From: Patescibacteria group bacterium
GTDB lineage: Bacteria > Patescibacteriota > Microgenomatia > UBA8517
Length of the DNA: 64,000 bases
Assembly: GCA_025999275.1 (NCBI GenBank)
Contig: AP024680.1
Location: forward strand, 556,522 to 620,521
Reading direction: 5' to 3'
Shown here: piece after piece, positions 10,197 through 18,570 of the stretch
Layout: each line of letters opens with the position of its first letter
Position numbering within the stretch: position 1 is the stretch's first letter
Position numbers and translations under genes: made by a program
The notes under the pieces: generated by a model
Told to the model about the DNA's origin: nothing
The model's database searches: none
What the model saw: the letters and a program-made list of their open reading frames with translations, nothing else

Positions 10197-10305
10197 TAAC
10201 TACTTGCCTAAATTAAAACAGAGAAAAAAAATTGTCAATAAGAATTTTTATTGTGCTTCCAAAGGCGGTCAGACCCTACCCCTTGTTCTGACAAAATTTG
10301 CCTAG

Positions 10306-10377
10306 TGCGCCCGGAGGGAATTGAACCCCCATCCCTTGTTCCGAAGACAAGTGCTCTATCCATTGAGCTACGAGCGC
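10306..10377 (-). tRNA. tRNA-Arg (anticodon TCG)
   Basis: Reverse complement: acceptor GCGCTCG/CGGGCGC (one G-U pair), anticodon stem-loop CTTGT-CTTCGGA-ACAAG, T-loop TTCAATT. Confidence 0.7.
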
Positions 10378-10485
10378 AAATTTTTTACCAATCTGAAAAC
10401 CTATTAAAGCCAGAATAATCAAAACTATAAGCAGAAATCAAAGAACTTTAAACTACCAGCTTTTACCCTTATAATTATAGCTTAA

Positions 10486-11568
10486 ATGAGCGACATTAAC
10501 CAGCAAATAAGCCAAATTGAAAAAGAAATAAGAGAAACTCCATATCACAAGGGGACAGAACACTATATAGGGCTTTTAAGAGCAAGGATAGCAAGACTCA
10601 AAGATAAGCTCTTGGAAAAAGAAAGCAAAAAATCAGGTGGTGGGGGAGGGTACGCTGTCAAAAAACAAGGTGATGCAACAATTGTTTTGGTTGGCCCACC
10701 ATCAGTTGGAAAATCAACACTCATAAATACTTTAACAAATGCCAATTCTAAAATTGCTCCATATGCTTTTACAACAGTTTCTGTAATTCCTGGGATGATG
10801 GAATACAAGAATGCCAAAATACAAATTCTTGATGTTCCTGGGTTAATTGAAGGAGCAGAGGAAGGCAAAGGAAGAGGAAAGGAGGTAATCTCAGTTATTA
10901 GAGGATGTGATTTGCTTATTATCATTGCAGAACCAGGCAAAGAAGAAGCTTTCAGAAGAATAACTTTAGCCTTGGAGAGAAATGGCATAAGAATTAACAA
11001 ATTAAAACCCGACATAAAAATAGAGAAAAAAGTAGATGGCGGAATAAAGATTTTTTCAAACATAAAGCAAGAATTGGCAAAAGAAACTATAAAAGAAATA
11101 ATTCAGGAGATGGGAATTAAAAATGCCGAAATAAAGATTAATCAAAAAATCACAATCGAAGATCTTATTGACAGCCTTTCAAGAAATAGAGTTTATGTAC
11201 CAGCTATATTTGCAATCAATAAATCAGATCTTCTGCTAGAAGAAAAACAAGGTGATGGAACTTTAGAAAATCCTGTTTTGATAAGCGCTCAAGAAAAAAG
11301 AGGACTTGATGTTTTGGTTGAAACTATATGGAGAAAGCTTGATCTTATTAACGTATATCTTGTAAAACCTGATGAGGAACCTTCTTTTAATAATCCAATA
11401 GTGGTCAAAAATAATTTAACATTGTACGACATTGCTAGGGAGATAGGAGAGGATTTTGCCAACTCAAAAACAAGCGCTATGATTTGGGGAAATGGAGCTA
11501 AATTTCCCGGTCAACAAGTCTCTCTTGAAACAAAAGCAAAAGAAGGAATGATGATAAGATTTATCTAA
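10486..11568 (+). CDS. OBG-superfamily GTPase of the DRG/Rbg1-like type, with C-terminal TGS domain
   Basis: N-terminal IEKEIRETPYHKGTEHYIGLLRARIARLKDKLL resembles DRG N-termini. Motifs present: G1 GPPSVGKST, G3 DVPG, NKSD. C-terminal TGS-like segment. Confidence 0.6.
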   Translation: MSDINQQISQIEKEIRETPYHKGTEHYIGLLRARIARLKDKLLEKESKKSGGGGGYAVKKQGDATIVLVGPPSVGKSTLINTLTNANSKIAPYAFTTVSVIPGMMEYKNAKIQILDVPGLIEGAEEGKGRGKEVISVIRGCDLLIIIAEPGKEEAFRRITLALERNGIRINKLKPDIKIEKKVDGGIKIFSNIKQELAKETIKEIIQEMGIKNAEIKINQKITIEDLIDSLSRNRVYVPAIFAINKSDLLLEEKQGDGTLENPVLISAQEKRGLDVLVETIWRKLDLINVYLVKPDEEPSFNNPIVVKNNLTLYDIAREIGEDFANSKTSAMIWGNGAKFPGQQVSLETKAKEGMMIRFI

Positions 11569-11575
11569 CTTCTTG

Positions 11576-11648
11576 TGAGCCTGGAAGGACTCGAACCTTC
11601 AACCGTTACCTTAAGAGGGTACTGCTCTGCCAATTGAGCTACAGGCCC
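11576..11648 (-). tRNA. tRNA-Lys (anticodon CTT)
   Basis: Reverse complement: acceptor GGGCCTG/CAGGCTC, anticodon loop CTCTTAA, T-arm GAAGG-TTCGAGT-CCTTC. Confidence 0.7.
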
Positions 11649-11661
11649 AAATTTTTCAAAG

Positions 11662-11734
11662 TGTCCCTGGAGAGAGTCGAACTCTCAACCTTTCCCTTAG
11701 AAGGGGACTGCTCTATCCATTGAGCTACAGGGAC
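11662..11734 (-). tRNA. tRNA-Arg (anticodon TCT)
   Basis: Reverse complement: acceptor GTCCCTG/CAGGGAC, anticodon loop CTTCTAA, T-arm GAGAG-TTCGACT-CTCTC. Confidence 0.7.
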
Positions 11735-11845
11735 AAATTTTTATAATTATAGCAATTTTACAATTTAATTTCAGCCTAATGCAAAATAAAATAAAATATT
11801 GACTTTTTGAAAAAATAATTCAATATAAAAACAAATTTTAATAAA

Positions 11846-12880
11846 GTGAAAAATAATAAGACTAATGGTTACCAACTTCCAAAAACTGCCGCAATTCTTT
11901 ATAGCGAAGTAAAAAGGAAGTATTTTCCCACCAGAGAGCAATATTTGACTGAAAAAGATGCCAAGAAAGATGCGCAACTAGTAGCAAAATATCTCAAAAA
12001 ATTAGGTTTGAAAGTTTATCTTTATCCTGGAAGCGACTATGTCTTTGAGATTTTAAGAAAAAAAAGACCTGATGTAGTTCTAAACATGGTTGACTCCGTC
12101 AAGGGGATTGAAAATCTGTCTGCCTCTATTCCCGGAGCGCTTGAGCTTTTAGACCTGCCTTATACAGGGGCTGCAATCTTGGGTAAATCTCTTGACACAA
12201 ATAAATTCTTGGTTAAGAAGCTTCTCCAACAAGCAGGAGTTCCTGTACCAAATTACCAGCTCTTGGATTCTGCCAATTACTACCTTGATCCAACATTAAG
12301 GTTTCCTTTAATTTCCAAACTTAACGAAATTCATGGCGGAGTAGAAATAAATCAAGATAGCGTATCTGAAAATCCGAAACATCTAAACCAAAGAGTAAAA
12401 TACCTAATTTCAACCTACAAACAACCAGTACTAGTTGAGGAATTTATAGTAGGAAGGGAAATTACGGCAATCTTACTTGAAGGATTAAACAAAAAAGTTT
12501 ACTTAGCAGAAAAAATATTTAAAAAGAGAGATCAAAAATACGTATTTTCCACTTTTGAAGATCAGTGGGTCAAGTCAAATAGGGAAAGTTTTGAATATAA
12601 AAAATATCACGATCCGCTTCTTCGAGAATATGTCAAAAAGGCTTTTGATGTTGTCCAGATGTATGATTACGGAAAATTTGACATTAGAATGGATCAATCG
12701 GGAAGATATTTTTTTATTGATGCAAATTGCAATCCCGCTTTTGGTCCAAAAGAAGCTGATGTAGCTTTATCTTCAATTCTTGATCTTTACGACATCTCTT
12801 TTCTCGAGATACTAAAAAGGCTTCTTTTAAACACAGTTAGAGATTTCCAGGGAAAAGAAAGATTGCCAGTTCCATTTTAA
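11846..12880 (+). CDS. ATP-grasp enzyme, D-alanine--D-alanine ligase-like
   Basis: N-terminal pre-ATP-grasp region, central GVPVPNY.., C-terminal ATP-grasp fold (EEFIVGREITAILLEG, FDIRMDQSGRYFFIDANCNPAFG). Confidence 0.5.
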   Translation: MKNNKTNGYQLPKTAAILYSEVKRKYFPTREQYLTEKDAKKDAQLVAKYLKKLGLKVYLYPGSDYVFEILRKKRPDVVLNMVDSVKGIENLSASIPGALELLDLPYTGAAILGKSLDTNKFLVKKLLQQAGVPVPNYQLLDSANYYLDPTLRFPLISKLNEIHGGVEINQDSVSENPKHLNQRVKYLISTYKQPVLVEEFIVGREITAILLEGLNKKVYLAEKIFKKRDQKYVFSTFEDQWVKSNRESFEYKKYHDPLLREYVKKAFDVVQMYDYGKFDIRMDQSGRYFFIDANCNPAFGPKEADVALSSILDLYDISFLEILKRLLLNTVRDFQGKERLPVPF

Positions 12881-12908
12881 TTGAAAGGGGTTTTTGGTAA
12901 AATATAGG
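12881..12908 (+). promoter_or_regulatory. candidate sigma70-like promoter for the tRNA cluster: TTGAAA-N16-TATAGG
   Basis: Hexamers at 12881..12886 and 12903..12908, about 9 nt upstream of tRNA-Leu(CAG). Confidence 0.35.
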
Positions 12909-12916
12909 TATATCTT

Positions 12917-13003
12917 GCAGGTGTGGCGGAACTGGCAGACGCATACGGTTCAGGACCGTATGGACTTTAAAAGTCCTTAGAGGTTCAAATCCTCTCACCT
13001 GCA
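12917..13003 (+). tRNA. tRNA-Leu (anticodon CAG), class II
   Basis: Acceptor GCAGGTG/CACCTGC, anticodon stem-loop TACGG-TTCAGGA-CCGTA, long variable arm, T-loop TTCAAAT. Confidence 0.8.
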
Positions 13004-13018
13004 CAGAATTATTTTCTT

Positions 13019-13100
13019 GCGCGGGTGGTGAAATTGGTATACACGCAGTCTTGAGGAGGCTGTGCCTTCGGGCGTGCAGGTTCAAGTCCTGTCCCGCGCA
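13019..13100 (+). tRNA. tRNA-Leu (anticodon GAG), class II
   Basis: Acceptor GCGCGGG/CCCGCGC, anticodon stem-loop CAGTC-TTGAGGA-GGCTG, variable arm TGCCTTCGGGCGTGC, T-loop TTCAAGT. Confidence 0.75.
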
Positions 13101-13105
13101 CAACA

Positions 13106-13179
13106 GACCGCTTAGCTCAGCTGGTTAGAGCGTCTGACTTACATTCAGAAGGCCGGGGGTTCGAATCCCTCAGCGGTCA
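13106..13179 (+). tRNA. tRNA-Val (anticodon TAC)
   Basis: Acceptor GACCGCT/AGCGGTC, anticodon stem-loop TCTGA-CTTACAT-TCAGA, T-arm CGGGG-TTCGAAT-CCCTC. Confidence 0.8.
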
Positions 13180-13350
13180 CCTTCATGTCTATAGAAAGCA
13201 AATACCAAAAAGTATCAATTCAATATTGGTTAGCTATGATCTCAAGAAGATTTTATACAATCCTTTCATCTTATCCAGAACTTGTTTTTATACTCAAAAT
13301 AATAGTGGGGATAATTTTTGCCTTTTTAGTATTTTTTATTTTAAGAAGAT

Positions 13351-13378
13351 TTGTCGGAAATTAATTTTTTGATATAAT
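13351..13378 (+). promoter_or_regulatory. candidate sigma70-like promoter: TTGTCG-N16-TATAAT, about 20 nt upstream of tRNA-Phe
   Basis: Hexamers at 13351..13356 and 13373..13378 in a 200-bp AT-rich spacer inside the tRNA cluster. Confidence 0.45.
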
Positions 13379-13398
13379 ATATTTTGAAATATCTTTTT

Positions 13399-13471
13399 GC
13401 CGAGATAGCCAAGGTGGTCACGGCGGGCGCCTGAAGAGCGTCAGATGTGTGTTCGACTCACACTCTCGGCA
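13399..13471 (+). tRNA. tRNA-Phe (anticodon GAA) with atypical 3-bp D-stem and large D-loop; CCA encoded
   Basis: Acceptor GCCGAGA/TCTCGGC, anticodon stem-loop GGCGC-CTGAAGA-GCGTC, T-arm GTGTG-TTCGACT-CACAC, 3' ACCA. Confidence 0.6.
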
Positions 13472-13489
13472 CCACAAAAAAATAATAAT

Positions 13490-13562
<73 letters not shown>

Positions 13563-13627
13563 CCGACAGAGATGTCTATAATTAAAAGGGTAGTTGACAC
13601 AAACTCTCCTTTATGGCATCCTAGAGG

Positions 13628-14296
13628 TTGAGACGGCAAACTTTTGGCTTTATGAGACCATTTTACAAATTTAAGGAGAACCTCAACTTATGGCAAGAAA
13701 TCACATTTATTTTTGTATTTTTTCTCACCACACCCTTGATTATAATTATTTCTACATTTGCCTTAATATCTTTACAAAATTCGCAAGAAAACAAAGTAAT
13801 CAGACTTAAGGCTATACAAAACCAAAATTACAACAATGTGCCAGTGGTCTTATCGGCATCAGTAAATACTGTTCCGCAAATTGAGTCAAAAATTACTACT
13901 GACGATGCAAGAGTTGAACTAGTCAGAAAATATTTAAATTTTTATAAATCTCCACTTGAACCATACGCACAACTAATAGTTTTAGAATCGGATAAAAATC
14001 ATATAGACTGGAGACTTTTAATAGCAATAGCCCAGCAGGAATCAAATCTATGTAAAGTAATACCTGAAGGAAGTTATAACTGTTGGGGTTGGGGAATACA
14101 CAGTCGAGGTACACTAATGTTTGATTCATATGAGCAAGCTATAAAAGTTATAGCAAGAGGAATAAGAAAGAACTACATAGAAAAGGGTTATATCAATGTA
14201 GAAGATATTATGAAAAAATATACTCCCCGCTCTAATGGTAGTTGGGCCTTTGGGGTAAGCAAATTTATGGAAGATATTACTGTACCTTGGTATTAA
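13628..14296 (+). CDS. putative peptidoglycan hydrolase of the lysozyme-like superfamily (glucosaminidase/SLT-like), N-terminal TM anchor. Paralogue of 15296..15808.
   Basis: The DWRLLIAIAQQESNLC...YNCWGWG block resembles glucosaminidase/SLT catalytic regions and the AIAGVESNFG...YNAYGWA block of ORF 15296. Confidence 0.4.
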   Translation: MRRQTFGFMRPFYKFKENLNLWQEITFIFVFFLTTPLIIIISTFALISLQNSQENKVIRLKAIQNQNYNNVPVVLSASVNTVPQIESKITTDDARVELVRKYLNFYKSPLEPYAQLIVLESDKNHIDWRLLIAIAQQESNLCKVIPEGSYNCWGWGIHSRGTLMFDSYEQAIKVIARGIRKNYIEKGYINVEDIMKKYTPRSNGSWAFGVSKFMEDITVPWY

Positions 14297-14309
14297 ACAC
14301 TTCAATATT

Positions 14310-15074
14310 ATGCCGGCACACTACGACTACTACGATTATCCATCTTACTGGCAAAACAGGGAATACGAGCATAATTCAGAAATTATAGCTCTAGACTCTT
14401 TCTTGGAGAAAATTCCTAAAATAAAATCACTTATAGATATAGGCGCAGGTTACGGAAGATTAACTCCAGAATACGCACATCGAGCTAGAAAAATAGTTAT
14501 TTGTGATCCATCTGCTAAATTACTTAAAATAGCAAGAGAAAACTTTGGAAATATAAAAAACATCAGATTTCTCCAATCGAGAGTTGAAAACTTAAAAAAA
14601 TATTTTAAAGCCAACTCCTTTGACACCGCGATCTTGGTCAGGGTTTTGCATCATATTGAAAACCCTGAAAAAAATTTAAGAATAATTTCTAAAATTATTA
14701 AAAAAGGTGGTTATATAATCTTAGAACATGCCAACAAAAGACACTTCAAAGCTGTCGTCAGCGAGATGTGCAAGGGGAATTTTACCTTTCCTATTGATAT
14801 CTTCCCTAAGGACATTAGATGTGCCAAAAATATCAAAAAGAAGACAATTCCATTTATTAATTATCATCCTGATGAAATAGAAAAAATACTTATCAGCAAC
14901 GGTTTTGAAATAATCGAAAAACGTTCTGTCTCTAACTTCAGAAACAGATTTTTTAAAAAGGTTTTACCTTTAGATCTTCTTCTTTCCCTTGAAGAAAAGT
15001 CTCAAAAGATCTTAGGGAAAATAAATTTCGGTCCATCTATTTTTATTCTCGCCAAAAAGATAGAGGAAGATTGA
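14310..15074 (+). CDS. class I SAM-dependent methyltransferase
   Basis: Motif I LIDIGAGYGRLTP, post-I acidic CDPS, motif II-like ILVRVLHHI. Confidence 0.6.
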   Translation: MPAHYDYYDYPSYWQNREYEHNSEIIALDSFLEKIPKIKSLIDIGAGYGRLTPEYAHRARKIVICDPSAKLLKIARENFGNIKNIRFLQSRVENLKKYFKANSFDTAILVRVLHHIENPEKNLRIISKIIKKGGYIILEHANKRHFKAVVSEMCKGNFTFPIDIFPKDIRCAKNIKKKTIPFINYHPDEIEKILISNGFEIIEKRSVSNFRNRFFKKVLPLDLLLSLEEKSQKILGKINFGPSIFILAKKIEED

Positions 15075-15130
15075 ACATATATCCCTTATCCATAAATAAT
15101 ACATCATCAACAAGGCTAGATGATAAAAAC

Positions 15131-15159
15131 TTGACAATCCTCTAGTAATATGCTATAGT
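15131..15159 (+). promoter_or_regulatory. near-consensus sigma70 promoter TTGACA-N17-TATAGT
   Basis: Hexamers at 15131..15136 and 15154..15159. Predicted TSS near 15166, feeding a ~110 nt structured leader that ends at the terminator at 15249..15276. Confidence 0.5.
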
Positions 15160-15248
15160 ATCAACTAGATTCTGAGGCTAACCTAGTTTACTAGGATTTT
15201 GGCGTCGGAATTTTCCCCGGAGCTTCCCTTATAGGGAGCTCCCTAAAA

Positions 15249-15276
15249 AGGACTCTTGGAAACAAGAGTCCTTTTT
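15249..15276 (+). terminator. intrinsic terminator: 10-bp stem AGGACTCTTG/CAAGAGTCCT, loop GAAA, followed by a T5 run
   Basis: Perfect hairpin followed by TTTTT, located 20 nt upstream of the ATG of ORF 15296. Preceded by a second imperfect palindrome GGAGCTTCCC..GGGAGCTCC at 15219..15243. Confidence 0.6.
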
Positions 15277-15295
15277 AGTTTAAAAACAAAAAGCC

Positions 15296-15808
15296 ATGAA
15301 AATAAAAACAGTAATTATCACCCTCTTTTTTCTATCAACCGCAATTAAGCCGGCAGGAGCTCATATTGCCGAAAATTCAGCTGAGATTAAAAGTAAAAAA
15401 ACAAGTAAAACAGACACAAGGATTATAACTTTAACTCATTATCTTAGCAAAAAGAAATCTCCTCTTGTAAACCAAGCTGAAAAATTTATTCAGGAAGCAG
15501 ATAAAAATAATCTAGATTGGAGACTTATCCCAGCTATTGCCGGCGTTGAATCTAATTTTGGTAAAAGAATACCTACTAACTCATATAACGCCTATGGATG
15601 GGCTAATGGAAATTATTACTTTAAATCATGGGAAAATTCAATTGAAACTGTCTCAAAAACATTAAAGACCAAATATATTGATAGAGGCGCTATTAAAATA
15701 CATCAAATTGCCAAAATATATGCTCCTCCAAGCTCCAGTTGGACAAACAAGGTCAAATATTTTACCAATCAAATAGACCCAACTGGTATTGCATTTGATA
15801 TAAATTAA
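15296..15808 (+). CDS. secreted lysozyme-like (glucosaminidase/SLT-like) protein. Paralogue of 13628..14296.
   Basis: Signal peptide MKIKTVIITLFFLSTAIKPAGA. Contains LDWRLIPAIAGVESNFG...YNAYGWANG. Confidence 0.4.
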   Translation: MKIKTVIITLFFLSTAIKPAGAHIAENSAEIKSKKTSKTDTRIITLTHYLSKKKSPLVNQAEKFIQEADKNNLDWRLIPAIAGVESNFGKRIPTNSYNAYGWANGNYYFKSWENSIETVSKTLKTKYIDRGAIKIHQIAKIYAPPSSSWTNKVKYFTNQIDPTGIAFDIN

Positions 15809-15859
15809 ATTTCTTCTTTATATTGAAGGCCCTTATAAAAGTGATAAAATAAACTCAGC

Positions 15860-15942
15860 GCCCCGATGCTGGAATTGGCAGACAGGCACGCTTTAGGAGC
15901 GTGTGCCTAAAAGGCGTAGAGGTTCAAATCCTCTTCGGGGCA
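15860..15942 (+). tRNA. tRNA-Leu (anticodon TAG), class II
   Basis: Acceptor GCCCCGA/TCGGGGC, anticodon stem-loop CACGC-TTTAGGA-GCGTG, variable arm TGCCTAAAAGGCGT, T-loop TTCAAAT. Confidence 0.8.
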
Positions 15943-16091
15943 CAAATGATAAAAAAAGAAACTATTCAAATTGCCAAAAATAAAAAAAATGAAGAAGAAA
16001 GTATACTTGCTTTCATTCCCCTCATTGTATTCTTTGTAACATTCTTAATAATATATTTCCTAATTAAGATATACAGAGTAAAATCCAATAT

Positions 16092-16595
16092 ATGACCAAG
16101 CACATACTTTTTCCAATAGCCTTAGTTGCACTAATAATTATTGTTCTCGGTTTAGTTGTAAAAAAATATAATCCAGTAATTTTTAACCAACCCCAAACAA
16201 AAACAAGGGTAAATGAAACAAATTCACCAAAGGTAGAAATCGGTGATACAGAAATAGAAGTAGAAATAGCCGATACCGAAGAAGAAAGAGCCAATGGTCT
16301 TTCAGGGAGGGATTCTATGGATGAAAATAAGGGAATGTTATTTGTATTTCCAAAAGGTTCGAATGCTACTTTTTGGATGAAGGATATGAAATTTGACATC
16401 GATATAATTTGGATAAGAAATTCAAAAGTAGTTAAAATTGATAAGAATGTCAAAGCACCAACTCCAGGCACTCCCGACAATAAACTAACTCTTTATCCTT
16501 CAGGCCAACCTATCGATTATGTTCTTGAAGTTAACGCTGGTTTTGCAGATAAAAAGGGAGTCAAAGTGGGAGACACTATAATATTATCTATCTAA
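16092..16595 (+). CDS. DUF192 (COG1430) family protein with N-terminal TM anchor
   Basis: ADTEEERANGLSGRDSMDENKGMLFVFP...FWMKDMKFDIDIIWI...YVLEVNAGFA matches DUF192 conserved blocks. Confidence 0.65.
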   Translation: MTKHILFPIALVALIIIVLGLVVKKYNPVIFNQPQTKTRVNETNSPKVEIGDTEIEVEIADTEEERANGLSGRDSMDENKGMLFVFPKGSNATFWMKDMKFDIDIIWIRNSKVVKIDKNVKAPTPGTPDNKLTLYPSGQPIDYVLEVNAGFADKKGVKVGDTIILSI

Positions 16596-17128
16596 CATTT
16601 AAATTCAAAATCTTTAATTAGTTTATAAGAAGATCCTTTTGAAGAAAGTCTTGATTCAAAAATAGAGAATGAACATATATTTTCCTCAATAGACACTCTA
16701 TTATATAATTCCTTAATATCTTTTATTTCTCTAAATCTTGCAATAGTTATGTGAGGAACAAATTTTTTACTCACCGAAGAGAAACCAAGTGATTTCTCTA
16801 AAAATGATTTAATTCTCAAAATATCAGGATTTGGTCTACCTTTAATCCAAATTAAACGTGAGTTTTTGGTATTTGGACCTGTTGAAATATTATCAAAGGT
16901 AATTTTAAAAGGTTTTAACTCTGAATTCTTCAATCTATCCTCCACTTTTAAAATAACATTATCAACATTCTCTTCATACCAAGGAGGAATAATGGTCAGA
17001 TGAAGATTTTCAGGCTTGATTAATCTAAAATCTTGCTCATAAAGCCAGGGGTTTTTCTTAATCCAGCTCTTGATAAAGACCAACATTTTCTCGGAAATCT
17101 TGATACCGACAAAAATCCTCTTTTTCAT
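16592..17128 (-). CDS. RNA 2',3'-cyclic phosphodiesterase / 2'-5' RNA ligase (2H phosphoesterase, LigT/ThpR-like)
   Basis: Two H-x-T-x motifs (HLTI and HITIAR) at the spacing typical of the 2H family. About 178 aa. Confidence 0.7.
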   Translation of the reverse strand: MKKRIFVGIKISEKMLVFIKSWIKKNPWLYEQDFRLIKPENLHLTIIPPWYEENVDNVILKVEDRLKNSELKPFKITFDNISTGPNTKNSRLIWIKGRPNPDILRIKSFLEKSLGFSSVSKKFVPHITIARFREIKDIKELYNRVSIEENICSFSIFESRLSSKGSSYKLIKDFEFKC

Positions 17129-17172
17129 AATTCTTGCTCAAATAAAAATTATACTCTAAACTTTAAATTGAA

Positions 17173-18570
17173 GTGGAAAAACAAAAATTCAGAATTAAGA
17201 AAATGCCTCAACCTTTGCCTTTAAAAAAGCTGCTGGGCCCCAGTTTTATTTTGCTGGGGTTGGGGCTGGGAAGTGGAGAAGTAATTCTCTGGCCATACTT
17301 AACCTCAAAATACGGTATGGGAATAATCTGGGGAGCAGTTTTGGGTATTACTCTTCAATTTTTCTTAAATATGGAAATAGAAAGATACACTCTTGCTAGA
17401 GGAGAAAGTGTTTTCGTTGGCCTTGCAAGAAAATATAAAAAGATAGCACCATTTTGGTTTATTATTTCAACACTTCTGCCGTGGATGTGGCCTGGTATAA
17501 TTGCAAGTTCAGCAAAAATAATTTCAAATTTGGCTGACTTTAGATATACAGGAATAGTTCCTTCATTGATGTTAATTAGTATTGGAACCATTTTCACTCT
17601 TGGGTCAATAGTTTATAAAACCCAAGAAAAACTACTCAAACTGGTAATTGGTTTGAGTGTACCTACAATAATTTTAATTACCCTTTTTCTATTAAAAAAA
17701 GATGAATTGCCAAATTTAGCTTATGGAATAATTGGTAGGGGAGATGGCTATTGGTTTTTGCCTGCTGGAATATCAATAGCCACTTTTTTGAGCGCCTTTG
17801 CTTATGCAGGAGCTGGTGGAAATCTAAATTTAGCTCAAAGTTTTTATATTAAAGAAAAAGGCTACGGAATGGGAAAATATTCAGGAAGAATTACAAGCAT
17901 ACTGACAGGGAAAAAAGAAAAAATAAACCTGGAAGGTTTTAGATTTCCTCTAAACCCAAAAAACTTATCGAGATTTAAACTCTGGTGGAAAAGAATCAAT
18001 ATTGAACACTTGGTAGTTTTTTGGCTTACGGGAGCTTTTACAATGGTTACGCTTTCGTTTTTAGCATACCTAACAGTGGGAAAACAGAATAGCAATTATC
18101 AAGGAATAGAGTTTTTGATCTATGAATCAAAAATAATAGGATCATCTCTTTACCCAATATTAGGAAATTTATTTCTTACTATCTGCGGAGTAACGCTCTA
18201 TTTTACTCAATTCTCAGTTATCGATGCTACATCAAGAATAATGAGTGAAAATTTGATTCTAATTAAACCAGACAGGTTCAGAGTTGAAGATCTTCCCAAA
18301 TTTTATTATGTTTTTTTATGGCTACAAATAATACTTGGTGTAATTATATTTTCACTAGGGTTAACCGAGCCTTTTATACTCCTTGTCATCGGAGCTGTAC
18401 TTAATGCCTTCACAATGTTTATATACTCCTTTTTGGTGTTTAGACTAAATAACACCAGCCTCGAAGTGCCATTAAGGCCAAACATATTTAGGAACACAAT
18501 GCTTCTATTAGCATTTCTCTTTTACGGTGTGTTTGGACTAGTCACTATTATCCAATATTTTCAAAAATAA
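17173..18570 (+). CDS. polytopic membrane transporter, Nramp-related (LeuT fold), with divergent metal-site motif
   Basis: About 11 TM segments. N-terminal GPSFILLGLGLGSGEVILWPYLTSKYGMGIIWGAVLGITLQFFLNMEIERYTLARGE aligns with the Nramp TM1-2 region, but DPGN is replaced by GSGE. Confidence 0.4.
   Translation: MEKQKFRIKKMPQPLPLKKLLGPSFILLGLGLGSGEVILWPYLTSKYGMGIIWGAVLGITLQFFLNMEIERYTLARGESVFVGLARKYKKIAPFWFIISTLLPWMWPGIIASSAKIISNLADFRYTGIVPSLMLISIGTIFTLGSIVYKTQEKLLKLVIGLSVPTIILITLFLLKKDELPNLAYGIIGRGDGYWFLPAGISIATFLSAFAYAGAGGNLNLAQSFYIKEKGYGMGKYSGRITSILTGKKEKINLEGFRFPLNPKNLSRFKLWWKRINIEHLVVFWLTGAFTMVTLSFLAYLTVGKQNSNYQGIEFLIYESKIIGSSLYPILGNLFLTICGVTLYFTQFSVIDATSRIMSENLILIKPDRFRVEDLPKFYYVFLWLQIILGVIIFSLGLTEPFILLVIGAVLNAFTMFIYSFLVFRLNNTSLEVPLRPNIFRNTMLLLAFLFYGVFGLVTIIQYFQK

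Noticed and set aside
10563-11063. 166-aa minus-strand ORF
   Set aside because: Antisense within the well-supported GTPase gene. Typical shadow ORF.
12837-13103. 88-aa minus-strand ORF
   Set aside because: Overlaps tRNA-Leu(CAG) and tRNA-Leu(GAG) on the opposite strand. Artefact of structured RNA genes.
15901-16095. 64-aa ORF
   Set aside because: Its start lies inside tRNA-Leu(TAG). Only the hydrophobic C-terminal part could be real. No RBS and no support beyond an open frame.
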